NCBI GenBank assembly: GCA_963745235.1
Contig: CAVUXE010000058.1
Span: 64,001-128,000, forward strand
Length of the DNA: 64,000 nt
Origin: an uncultured Spirochaetota bacterium
Lineage (GTDB): Bacteria; Spirochaetota; Spirochaetia; SZUA-6; Fen-1364
Reading direction: 5' to 3'
Below the pieces are notes generated by a model that was given only the letters and a program-made list of their open reading frames with translations, did not search any database and was not told the DNA's origin. Each line of letters starts with the position of its first letter. Position 1 is the first letter of the stretch. Position numbers and translations under genes: made by a program. Below, piece by piece: positions 54,518-64,000 of the stretch.

Positions 54518-57446
54518 CTATCTCTTGCGGGCAGCGGCTTTCTTGGCGGCAGCTTTCCGCGGCAGCGCGGCCTTCTTGACGGCGACTTTCCGAGCGGGCG
54601 CCTTCTTTGCAGCCGCCTTCTTCGCGGGGGCTTTCTTCGCCGGCGCCTTCGTCGCCGGTGCTTTCTTTGCCGCCGCGGCCTTTGCGGGCTTCGCTGCCGG
54701 CGCCTTCGGGGCGGAGTCAGCGACAGCCTCCTGCGCAGCGGCCAGCTTCGCGAGCGGCACGCGGTAGGGCGAGCAGGACACGTAGTTCATCCCGACCCTG
54801 TGGCAGAACTTCACGGACTCGGGGTCCCCTCCGTGCTCTCCGCAGATGCCGATTTTCAGTGTCGGCTTCACCGCGCGTCCTTTTGTGATGCCCATCTTGA
54901 TGAGCTCTCCGATCCCCTCCTGGTCCAGGGTCTGGAAGGGGTCTGCGGGAAGGATCTTCTTTTCCAGGTACTTGGGGACGAAGCTGCCGATGTCGTCTCG
55001 GGAGAACCCGAATCCCATCTGGGTCAGGTCGTTTGTCCCGAAGGAGAAGAACTCGCACACGCCGGCGAACTTGTCCGCGGTAACGGCCGCGCGGGGTATC
55101 TCTATCATGGTGCCGACAATCAGCGGCAGCTTGGACTTGGGCAGGCCGAACTTCGCGATGACCTTGTCGTAGACCCTGTCGATGAGCTTCTTCTGATCCA
55201 CGATCTCCGTCATCACGGAGGTGACAGGGATCATGATTTCCGGCCTTCGCGTTCCTGCCGGCCTGGTTGAGCTCCGCGGCCGCCTCCAGGATGGCCTGGG
55301 TCTGGACCTCCGTCATTTCGGGATACGAGATCCCGAGGCGCACACCCCTGTGGCCCATCATGGGGTTGGACTCGTGGAGGCTGTCAGCCCGGGCGTTGAA
55401 CTCCTCCGTGCTGATCCCGAGGTCCGCGGCGAGCTTCTGGCGCTCATCAAGCCGATTGGGGACGAACTCGTGCAGGGGAGGATCCAGGAACCGGAAGGTG
55501 ACGGGCAGCCCGTCCATGACCTCCATGGTCTTCTTGACGTCATCCTTCATGAAGGGGAACAGCTCCTCCAGCGCCCTGCGCCTCTCCGCTTCCGTCTTGG
55601 ACACGATCATCCTTCGCAGGAGGAAAAGCGGCTTGTCCGACCCCTCACCATAGAACATGTGCTCGAAGCGGAAAAGCCCGATCCCTTCCGCCCCGAACTC
55701 GCGGGCCCTCTTTGCGTCCTGGGGGTTGTCCGCGTTCGTGCGCACGCCCAGCCTCTTCACCTTGTCGCACATGGTCATGAAGGCGACGAAATTGGGGTTT
55801 TCCCCTGCCGCCTTGATCAGCGGGAGCGCGCCGGCGTACACGTTGCCCTTGGTCCCGTTCAGGGAGAGCCAGTCTCCTTCCCGAAGGACCGTGCCCTTCA
55901 CGGAAACCTGGCGCTTGTCCATCTCCACCTTCACCTCCGAGGCGCCGACGATGCAGCACTTGCCCCAGCCGCGCGCCACGAGGGCCGCGTGGGACGTCAT
56001 ACCGCCGCGCGCCGTGAGGATTCCTTCCGCCGCGCGCATGCCTTCCACGTCCTCCGGGTTGGTCTCTTCCCGCACGAGGATGACCTTCTTTCCCAGCTTC
56101 GCCTGGGCCACGGCGTCGTTTGCCGTGAGGACGATCTGTCCGACCGCGCCTCCGGGGCCGGCGGGAAGCCCCCTGGCCACGACCGCGGCTGACGCCTCCT
56201 TGGCGGGGTCTATGATGGGGTGGAGCAGCTCGTCCAGCTGGGAAGGGGTGATCCGTGTGACCGCCTCTTCAGCGGTGGTGAGCTTCTCCTTCACCATTTC
56301 AACTGCCATGCGCACCGCCGCAGGGCCGTTCCTCTTTCCGACCCGGCACTGCAGCATCCAGAGCTTGCCCTTTTCAATGGTGAACTCCAGGTCCAGCATG
56401 TCGTGGTAGTGCTTCTCCAGCCGCAGCTCAATGGCGTGCAGCTCGCCGTAGATCTTTGCGAACTGTTTCTCCAGGGACGGCAGGCCGGCGGTATGCTCCG
56501 TCTTTCCGGCTTCGTTGATAGGATACGGGGTTCGGATCCCCGCAACCACGTCCTCCCCCTGCGCGTTCGGCAGCCACTCTCCGTAGAATACGTTTTCCCC
56601 GGTTGCAGGGTTGCGGGTGAACGCGACGCCCGTCCCCGAGTCGTTGCCCATGTTGCCGAACACCATTGACTGCACGGTGACGGCCGTTCCCCATTCGTCG
56701 GGGATCCCCTCGATGCGGCGGTAGGAGATGGCCCGCTTCCCGTTCCAGCTCTGGAACACGGCGCGGACTCCTCCCCACAGCTGCTCTTTGGCGTCTTCCG
56801 GGAAGTCCTTGCCGAGCACTTCCCGCACCTTCGCCTTGTAGATCCTGATGAGGCTCTTGAGGTCTTCCGCGGACAGGTCAGTGTCCTGCTTCGCGCCCTT
56901 GGCATGCTTGACCTTTTCCAGCTCCCGCTCCAGCTGCTGGCGGATCCCCATGCCCTCGGCGGGTTCGATCCCTTCCGCCTTCTCCATGACGACATCGGAA
57001 TACATCTGAATGAGGCGGCGATACGCGTCGTAGACGAAACGGGGGTTGCCCGTTGCCTTGATGATCCCTTCCGCCGTCTTCTCGTTCAGGCCAACGTTGA
57101 GGACCGTCTCCATCATGCCGGGCATGGACTTGCGGGCTCCCGAGCGCACGGAGACCAGGAGAGGGTTGGAGGGGTCCCCGAACTTGTGGCCCATGATCTT
57201 TTCAATATGGGCAAGACCGGCCGCCACCTGCTGGTCCAGGCCCGCCGGGTACTTCCCTTTGTTCTGGAAGAAGTGCGTGCATACCTCCGTGGTGATCGTG
57301 AATCCTGCCGGGACGGGGAGCCGCAGGTCCGGATGGCCTGCCATTTCCGCCAGGTTGGCTCCCTTGCCGCCGAGAAGATTCTTCATCTTCTCATTGCCGT
57401 CGGCCCTCCCGCCGCCGAAGAGATAGACGTACTTCGCTGCGCTCAT
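54518..57446 (-). CDS. ppdK: Pyruvate phosphate dikinase with Lys/Ala-rich C-terminal tail (frameshift near 55235)
   Basis: [27 protein letters not shown] (phospho-His), [19 protein letters not shown]. Confidence 0.95.
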
Positions 57447-57632
57447 ATTCGACTGCCCCTTTCTCTACGATTGAAATGACTGGATTGCATGATGTAGTGA
57501 CTTGTGATAGCCTAATCAATACCCCGAAGGCTGAAGCAAAGTCAAGCCGCGCTCCTCCTGAGCGCCCGCCGGGGAACTTCTGCAAGGGATAGCAAAGCCC
57601 CAGGGCTTGATCTAACGACGGAGGAAATCGAT

Positions 57633-58211
57633 ATGGATAAATCGGTCAAGGGCTCGAAAACCGAGCAGAACCTGCTCAAGGCTTTTGCGGGGGAATCCCA
57701 GGCGCGAAATCGCTACACGTATTTCGCCAGCGCCGCCCGAAAAGAGGGATTCCAGCAGATCGCCAACATCTTCCAGGAAACGGCGGACAACGAAAAAGAG
57801 CACGCGAAGGTCTTCTTCTCTCACCTGGAGGGTGGTGCCCTGGAGGTCACGGCGATGTTCCCGTCCGGGGCCATCATGGACACGAAGATGAATCTCCAGG
57901 CGGCGGCAGAGGGGGAGCTCGAAGAGTGGACAGCCCTGTACCCGGTATTCGGAAAGACTGCCCGGGAAGAGGGCTTCCCGGAGGTTGCCAGGTCATTCGA
58001 GCAGGTGGCCAAGGCGGAGAAGTTCCACGAATCGCGCTACCGCAGGCTCCTGGACAACGTGGCCAACGGGGAGGTCTTCAAGAAGAAGACCGCGGTGAGG
58101 TGGCACTGCATCAACTGCGGATACATCTTCGAGGGGCCGGAACCCCCGAAGGAATGCCCGGCGTGCAAGCACCCCCAGGCTTTCTATGAGCTTCTCGCGG
58201 AGAACTACTAG
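57633..58211 (+). CDS. rbr: Rubrerythrin
   Basis: [27 protein letters not shown]...CPACKHP. Confidence 0.95.
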   Translation: MDKSVKGSKTEQNLLKAFAGESQARNRYTYFASAARKEGFQQIANIFQETADNEKEHAKVFFSHLEGGALEVTAMFPSGAIMDTKMNLQAAAEGELEEWTALYPVFGKTAREEGFPEVARSFEQVAKAEKFHESRYRRLLDNVANGEVFKKKTAVRWHCINCGYIFEGPEPPKECPACKHPQAFYELLAENY

Positions 58212-58274
58212 ACCATAGATCCCTCGGCGCGCGAAAGCGCGGCAGTCGCGCGCCCTGTCAGTGTCGGCCTTGCA

Positions 58275-58805
58275 ATGCCCATGGCTGTGCTCCTTGGTGT
58301 CGACATAGGCTCAGTCTCGATATCAGTCGCGCTCGTCAGCGGGGAGGAGATCCTCCGTACCGGGCACCGCGCCCACGGCGGGAAAGTCCGGGAGGCGCTT
58401 CACGGATGGCGCGCTCCCTTCTTTCCTGCAACATCGGGATGTTCCCCTCGTTCATCAAGAGCCTCATGGAAGCCCGGGGATGCGGGATGGAGAAGGTCGA
58501 GGTGTTTCCCGGGAGCGCCTTCTGCATCGACGTCTCCCTCCGGGCCAGCATCAACGCATACCGGGCCTACCTGGCCGGCGGGCTCCTGCGGCGCCTTGGG
58601 TGCAGGCTGCGCCCCCGTGAGAAAGAGCCTGGAGCGACGGATGACGCCATTTCCCGGTCGCTTGCACTCCTCCTGCCGGCGTTCGAAGGCCGATCTTCGA
58701 TGCATGAAGCGATGCAGAACGTTGCGGCCCTCTTTGCCGGGATTCGGACCGCGGAGGCTGATCTGCCTAAAGTGGCGATTTTTGGAGACCTCTATGTCCG
58801 CGGCC
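58275..58805 (+). pseudogene. Internally deleted relic of a large CoA-substrate-specific enzyme activase (2-hydroxyacyl-CoA dehydratase activator-like)
   Basis: N-terminal ASKHA motif LLGVDIGSVS joined out of frame to a late-domain fragment ending PKVAIFGDLYVR at the murD stop. Confidence 0.6.
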
Positions 58806-58810
58806 GCGGG

Positions 58811-60206
58811 TTAGCCCGAGGTAGCCTCCAGCACGGTCTGCTTGAACATCGCGCCCCTCTCGAACTCGTTTCGAAACATGCCGAAGGAGGTGCAGCCCGG
58901 GGAGAACAGCACCGCGGCCTTCTCCTCTCCGCCGCCCGCCGCCGAGAGGGCGGTGTCCACCGCGCTGGCAAGGTCTCCGAAAGGGCCTTCGTAGGCCACT
59001 CCTTCCCTGTCCAGCAGGGACCGTATCTTCTCCGTGCCGCTTCCCGCAAGGAGCACGAGGGCGCGCGGCACGCTGGCGATCTCCAACAGCGGGGAGAAGT
59101 CGATGTTCTTGTCAGTGCCCCCCATGATGAGGATGACGGGGGGTTCGATCGACTTGACGGCCTGCACGGTTGCCTGCGGGATGGTCGCAGCAGAGTCGTT
59201 GTAAAACCTCAGCTTTTTCCATTGATGGAACATCTCCAGCCTGTGCTCGACCCCGGGAAACTCCGCCAGCGCTCTGCGGACCACCTCCGCCTTGACCCCA
59301 TAGATCTGAAGGACCAGGCCCGCGCAGAGGAGATTGACCGCGTTGTGAACCCCCGGCAGCCGCTTTTCGCAGAGTATGGTCTTCTCATCCCCGGCCAGGC
59401 GCACCTTTCCCTTCTCCCCGTCCAGCCAGGCCCCGCGCAGCCCGTCCGGGAGATCCGATGCGGAGTAGAAGAAAGGCTGGGCCCGCGTCTCCCGGGGGAA
59501 CTCGCGCTGCCACGGGTCGTCGAGGTTGAAGACTGCCTTCTGGTCTTCCCGCTGCTCCTGGTAGATGGCTTTCTTGTCCGCGACGTACTCCCGCATCCCG
59601 CGTACTTGTCCAGGTGATCGGGCAGGATCACCGTGAAGACGGAGACTGCCGGGCGGAGGATGCCGCGGCCGCGCAGGTCTCCGAGCTGCCAGGAGGAAAG
59701 CTCCAGGACCACCGGGCGTGCGGGGGTCTATCGTATCCAGGAAAGCCAGGGGGGAGACGGTGATGTTTCCCGCCAGGCGGTGCGCCGGGAAGCACCCTGC
59801 CAAGGCCGAAGGCGATGGCCGAGGCGGTGGTGGATTTTCCCTTGGATCCGGTGACGGCGATGATCGGGTTCTTTGCCAGGGAGAGGAAGATGGAAAGGTC
59901 CGTCTCGATGGGCATGCCCCGGGCTTGCGGCTTCCAAGAACCGGGAGGCGGGAGGAACCGCCGGATTCTTGATGACGAGGTCAGTCGCCCGTGAAGTCCT
60001 GCTCCTCATGCTTCTCAAGGACGTAGCGCACCGGCAGCCCGGAGAGCTTTTCGATGGAGTCCTTGAGCAGCGCTTCCGCGCGCAGGTCCGTCACGGTCAC
60101 CTGGGCCCCGTGATTCGCGAAGAAACTGCGCGGATGCAAGGCCGCCGCCGTTGATCCCCAGCCCCATGACGGTGACCTTCATGCCGTGAAAACGCCTCTG
60201 CGTCAA
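58811..60206 (-). CDS. murD: UDP-MurNAc-L-Ala:D-Glu ligase (several frameshifts)
   Basis: VMGLGINGGG, AVTGSKGKSTT, LELSSWQL, PDHLD, GVEHRLE, YNDSAAT, FSPGCTSFGMF.NEFERG. Confidence 0.9.
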
Positions 60207-61151
60207 TCTTCAACCTTGAACTCCCTCATGTCCGATTCGTTCAGGTACGCCTCCACCCGAAGGTTGTCCCACGCCTCGTACCACGCCGGCGGCACCCTGG
60301 CCTTGAGCTCCCGGAAACAGGGCAGCTCCTCGGAGAACTTCGTGTCCTTCATCTCCGCCTGGATCTCTTCCATATCGGGAAGGAGAAACCCCAGGACGCG
60401 GTGGAGGACGGGCACCGCCGTCGCCGCGGCCTCCGGGTGAGAGTGCGACCACGGACTGGCAGACGGTCTTGTACTTGCAGAGGTACGGATAGTAGGGGTA
60501 GGTCTTCCTGTTCGGAGGGAGGAAGAGCCTGGTGAAGAACTTCGTGAGGTCGCGTCCATCCAGATGCCCTGCACGAAGTAGCCTCTGCCCTGCTCTCCGA
60601 TCCAGGTCTGCGAAATGGTCTGACGGATGCGAAATGCCCTGCGCCGTGCCGTCGTCCCGCACCACTTCCTCCAGCGGGACGATGGTGTCCTCCAGGAAGA
60701 GCCTGCGCGAGGCGTACCAGGGGGTCACGTCGTTGGTGCCCCGCTCGATCACCGTGCTTTCCGTGGCCCGCATCATGAGATCGATCCGCAGGAGGTAGAG
60801 GTAGCAGCTCTCCTCCACGCGGTAGACCTGGTAGAAGCAGGGCCGGAGGATCTCGGCAGGATCGAAGAAGTAGGTCAGGCCTTCAGGACCTGGGGCGCGA
60901 GCGCCGCGATCTGCTCCGTGACGCTCTTCAGGGTGGACGAGATAATCCTGGCTGGGCACGGAGCAGGCGCACGTCGTGGTGGATCGGGATGTGCGGGACG
61001 GTGTACTCGCCCTCGAGCTGCAGGAAGAAATCCTCGCTCTGGTTGAAGTGGCGGCTGAACGGCGTCTGACCCCGTCGCCGATGGCTTCGAGGAGGCGTTG
61101 ATGGCAGCGTCGGAGTAGCCTGACCCGGATCTCATTCGAAATCTGCTCCAC
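60203..61151 (-). CDS. Conserved hypothetical protein (frameshifted), coupled to murD
   Basis: Joined frames give coherent protein: IHHDV, YFFDPAE, LYLLRIDL, ISQTWIGE.GRGYFVQGIWMD, YPYYPYLCKY. Confidence 0.6.
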
Positions 61152-61229
61152 CGTTTCACATTTAACTGAAATCGGCCGTCCGCCGCAATCCGCCCGCAGG
61201 CGATGCCATCTGCCGCGCGGCCATGCCCG

Positions 61230-63187
61230 CTACAGCTTGTCCGGTGAAACGACCGGCCCGTGCGCCCTCTTCAGGGCCAGCAGGCCGCGCTTCTGCTCCT
61301 CGTAGACCTCGAAGAGGCGAGGCGGCATCTTCTTGTCCTTGCGGTATGCCTCTTCCTGGAGCTGGATGCGGGCCAGGATGTTGTCCACGTAGAAGGAGAA
61401 CTGCTTGTCGTACAGGGTCTGGGGATATTCCTTGCCGACCGTCTCCTCGAAGACCGTCTTCAGGTCCTCGTAGCGCGGGATGAAGCCGATGGGGGTCTCG
61501 ATTGCGCCCACCTCGCCGTGCGCGTACCTCTCCAGCCAGGACAGCCAGGCCTTCACGTCCCGCTTTTCCCCCAGGAGCTTGTTCAGGTCTCCGCCGCGCG
61601 CGCAGTCCAGCAGGAAGTAGTTGAGCCCCGCGATGAGGGGCCGTCCCTGCGCGCGAGAACTTCTTCGAGTTGAAGAACAGGAACTGCGCCTCCATGTAGT
61701 CCCCCAGGGGGCAGGGGATGAAGGGGGAGTTGGCCCACGGCTGCCGGTTCACTCCCTTCGCGCCCACCTCCGTGGCCGTGGCCGCCGAAAGGATGGAGGC
61801 GCCGATCACGACGCCGTGGTCCGGGTTCTTCGCCACCCAGACCGGGGGCATGGTGTCGCTGTCCCGTCCGCTGTAGGTGATGACCTTGATGGGCACCCCC
61901 GCCGGGTCCCAGGCCGCCTGCCTGTTGAAGTTCGCCGATGGCGTCATTGGTGAGGGTGATCCGGGCGTTCGGGTTGGAGACGGGAACCGGCTTGCCGTTC
62001 TTGTCCTTCTTTCCGGGCCACCAGTCGCCCTGGAAGTTTCTGCCCCTCTGCGGCAGCGGCTCGCCGCTTCCCGTCCAGTGCGGGACGCTGTTCTCGTCCA
62101 CCAGGACGTTGGACCAGATCACCTCCGTGCCCTGTTCCCGCAGGCACTTGTAGAGGTACGGGTCTCCTTCCTTGTTCAGGTCCTCCACGATCCCGAAGAT
62201 CCCGATCTCGGGATTCACCGCCCGCAGCGTGCCGTCCGCGTCGATCCACATCTGCGCAAGGTCGTCTCCGACGTAGTCGGTCCCGACCATTGCCGTCGTG
62301 GTCTTGCCGCACCCCGACGGGGCCGCGCCGGCAAAGAACGTCTTTCTGCCGCCCGGGCCGGTCATGCCCGTGATGAACATGTGCTCGGAGAGCTCCTTCT
62401 CCCGCCGGTAGTACGTGCACAGGTCAACGGCGAAGCGATGGTTGCCCTTCTTCAGCATGAGCGTGTTCCCCGCGTAGGTGCAGTACATGCTGAACGTCGT
62501 GAACCAGCTCCTGTCCATGAAGATGCGCGCCCGGGGGATGTCTTCCGACCTGTTGGTGCCCTGGCTGTGGACGTTCGTGAAGAACACGCCGGCGCGTTTG
62601 GCCTCGGCGTCGAAGGGGTCGAAGACGTTGCGGTAGAGGATGTTGGCGCTGTGCAGGACGTACGCGGAGCTGGAGATCATGAGAGCGGGGATGGAAGCCT
62701 GGGCGCCGACGGGCCCGCGGTTGTAGAACCCCACCAGCAAGGTCTTGCCCTTCATGATGCCGGCCATGGTGGCGCGGATGTACTCCAGCGCTTCCGGGCG
62801 GAGCATCTTCTTGGCGAGCGAGCTGACCTCTTCGTCCTCGTTGGCGATGTAGTAGGTCTGGTCCACCATGCGGCCCTGGTCCTCGGGGAGGTCGAAGTGG
62901 AGAGTGTGGTCCTTCATGGCGAGCGGACACTCTTCTCCTGCCTCCAGGCTCATCCGGCGGCACGCCTCCGCGTCCTGGGGCCCCGAGCCGACGATGAACA
63001 CCCGGTCCGGGGCGCACATGGTGATGGCGTTGGCGATTTTGACCAGCGCGTCAGCGGTGGATACCTTCGCTATCTTTGCCGCGTTCGAAGCGTCCAGGGA
63101 CGCTGCGAAAACCTTGCGCGCCTCGTCCATGGTCCGCACCCGTCCGACCTCGGCCAGGATGTCGGTGCCTTTTCTGAGCTCCAGCAT
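61230..63187 (-). CDS. pckG: GTP-dependent phosphoenolpyruvate carboxykinase (frameshifts near 61560-61940)
   Basis: YAGNTL..KK, LSEHMFI, FAGAAPSGCGKT, VGDDLA, NPE.GIFG, SNPNAR, TPIGFIP. Confidence 0.88.
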
Positions 63188-63208
63188 GATCTTCCCCCAA
63201 CTCCGCAG

Positions 63209-63222
63209 TGTAAACAGTTACA
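63209..63222. promoter_or_regulatory. Palindromic operator-like site TGTAAACAGTTACA
   Basis: TGTAA-n4-TTACA lies between a minus-strand TTGACA (63249-63254) and the pckG start. Confidence 0.5.
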
Positions 63223-63320
63223 TGACTCAATTTTCTCATTCCTGTCAATCGTTCGCTCTCTGATTCCCGCGGACGCTCCCGGTGGTATAGAATCCCTTTC
63301 CCGGGCGACAAGGAGGTGTC

Positions 63321-64000
63321 GTGGAAAACATCGCGTTTGCTGTCCTTGACAGGAAAGTCATCATGCGGGTCAGGCGTCGTTTCTGTGAAACCCCTGATGA
63401 GCTCCTGCAGAGCGATCTTTTTCGCGACATCCTGCGCCGCTGCCTGCGGGAGCTGGCCAGGCGGGATTCCCCCCTCCTTGTCTTCCTGGACGGGAAGCAC
63501 GACCAGGAAGCATCCAGCACGGTGCTGATCCAGGCACTGTCTTTCCTGACGAAGATCCCCCTTGTCCTGGTGCCCAATATCGTGCAGGGCGCCGCCTCGT
63601 TCCCCGCTCACGCCCGGTGCCTGGCGGACTTTGTCGAGTACCTCTACAATTTCTGGAGGAGCTTCGAGCGGTACGCGGTCTGCGATTCGGAGGGGGACGC
63701 GCTGGACAAGCGGCCGTACCGGACGTTCAACGAAACCGTTGAAAACTTCTCTCACCTCGTGCGCGGCGTGTATCGTGACATCCAGGAGAACATCCAGGGC
63801 ATACATCCGCGGATCTACCGGCAGCTCCACGCTGGCGTTGAGATGTCCGCAATTGCCCTTTCCCAGGAGATCCCCCTCCCGCCGGGACCCTACGAGAAGC
63901 TGCGCGGCGTGGCGGTGATCCGCCAGATCCTCCTCAACCCGCCCCTCATTCTGGAGCCGCCCATGAACAAGAGGACGGGGTCGTTCATCCGGGTGGAAGA
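63321..64000 (+). CDS. Uncharacterised protein, possibly a PEPCK-like family (runs off the window; absent from the ORF track)
   Basis: AGGAGGT RBS, GTG start, open to the window end: VENIAFAV...EYLYNFWRSFERY...KRPYRTFNE...RIYRQ...PPLILEPPMNKRTGSF. Confidence 0.7.
   Translation, partial: MENIAFAVLDRKVIMRVRRRFCETPDELLQSDLFRDILRRCLRELARRDSPLLVFLDGKHDQEASSTVLIQALSFLTKIPLVLVPNIVQGAASFPAHARCLADFVEYLYNFWRSFERYAVCDSEGDALDKRPYRTFNETVENFSHLVRGVYRDIQENIQGIHPRIYRQLHAGVEMSAIALSQEIPLPPGPYEKLRGVAVIRQILLNPPLILEPPMNKRTGSFIRVE

Noticed and set aside
57502-57519. Rex-like box TTGTGAT-agcc-TAATCAA between ppdK and rbr
   Set aside because: The right half-site matches TTCACAA at only 4 of 7 positions, too weak without comparative support.

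Overview
High-GC bacterial chromosomal DNA, most likely from a free-living Spirochaetota. The evidence for that is the rplM-rpsI-recX gene order known from Treponema plus several spirochaete-like hypothetical genes, so it is an inference. I see no phage, IS, CRISPR, rRNA or tRNA. The first ~16 kb is housekeeping: uvrD/pcrA, folE2, a NagB/PIG-L fusion, TetR-fabF, ferredoxin, rplM-rpsI-recX, two response regulators, acyP, glmS and a GlmU-like gene. About 16-57.5 kb is an unusually compact energy-metabolism super-cluster. It holds a TCA operon (acn-mdh-mdh-sdhAB-sucCD-sucAB-gltA, with no sdhC/D, lpd, icd or fum), a divergent F-type ATP synthase operon (atpBEFHAGDC) whose a, c and delta subunits look Patescibacteria (Microgenomates)-like, a full E. 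coli-type complex I operon (nuoA-N, fused CD), a prenyl synthase with menG/ubiE, and ppdK. After that come rubrerythrin, a CoA-activase relic, murD, a conserved hypothetical, GTP-PEPCK and a divergent PEPCK-like gene running off the window. Many essential genes carry 1-nt indels, best explained as uncorrected long-read errors. The most interesting signals are the foreign-looking ATP synthase with a hairpin-rich, direct-repeat-bounded insert in atpG; PPDK with a histone-H1-like tail; a ~145-nt structured leader before a BON gene; a REPIN-like doublet in the nuo leader; a divergent second MDH; an anchor-less SDH; and an E2o lacking its E3-binding domain. All family assignments come from motif recognition, with no database search.
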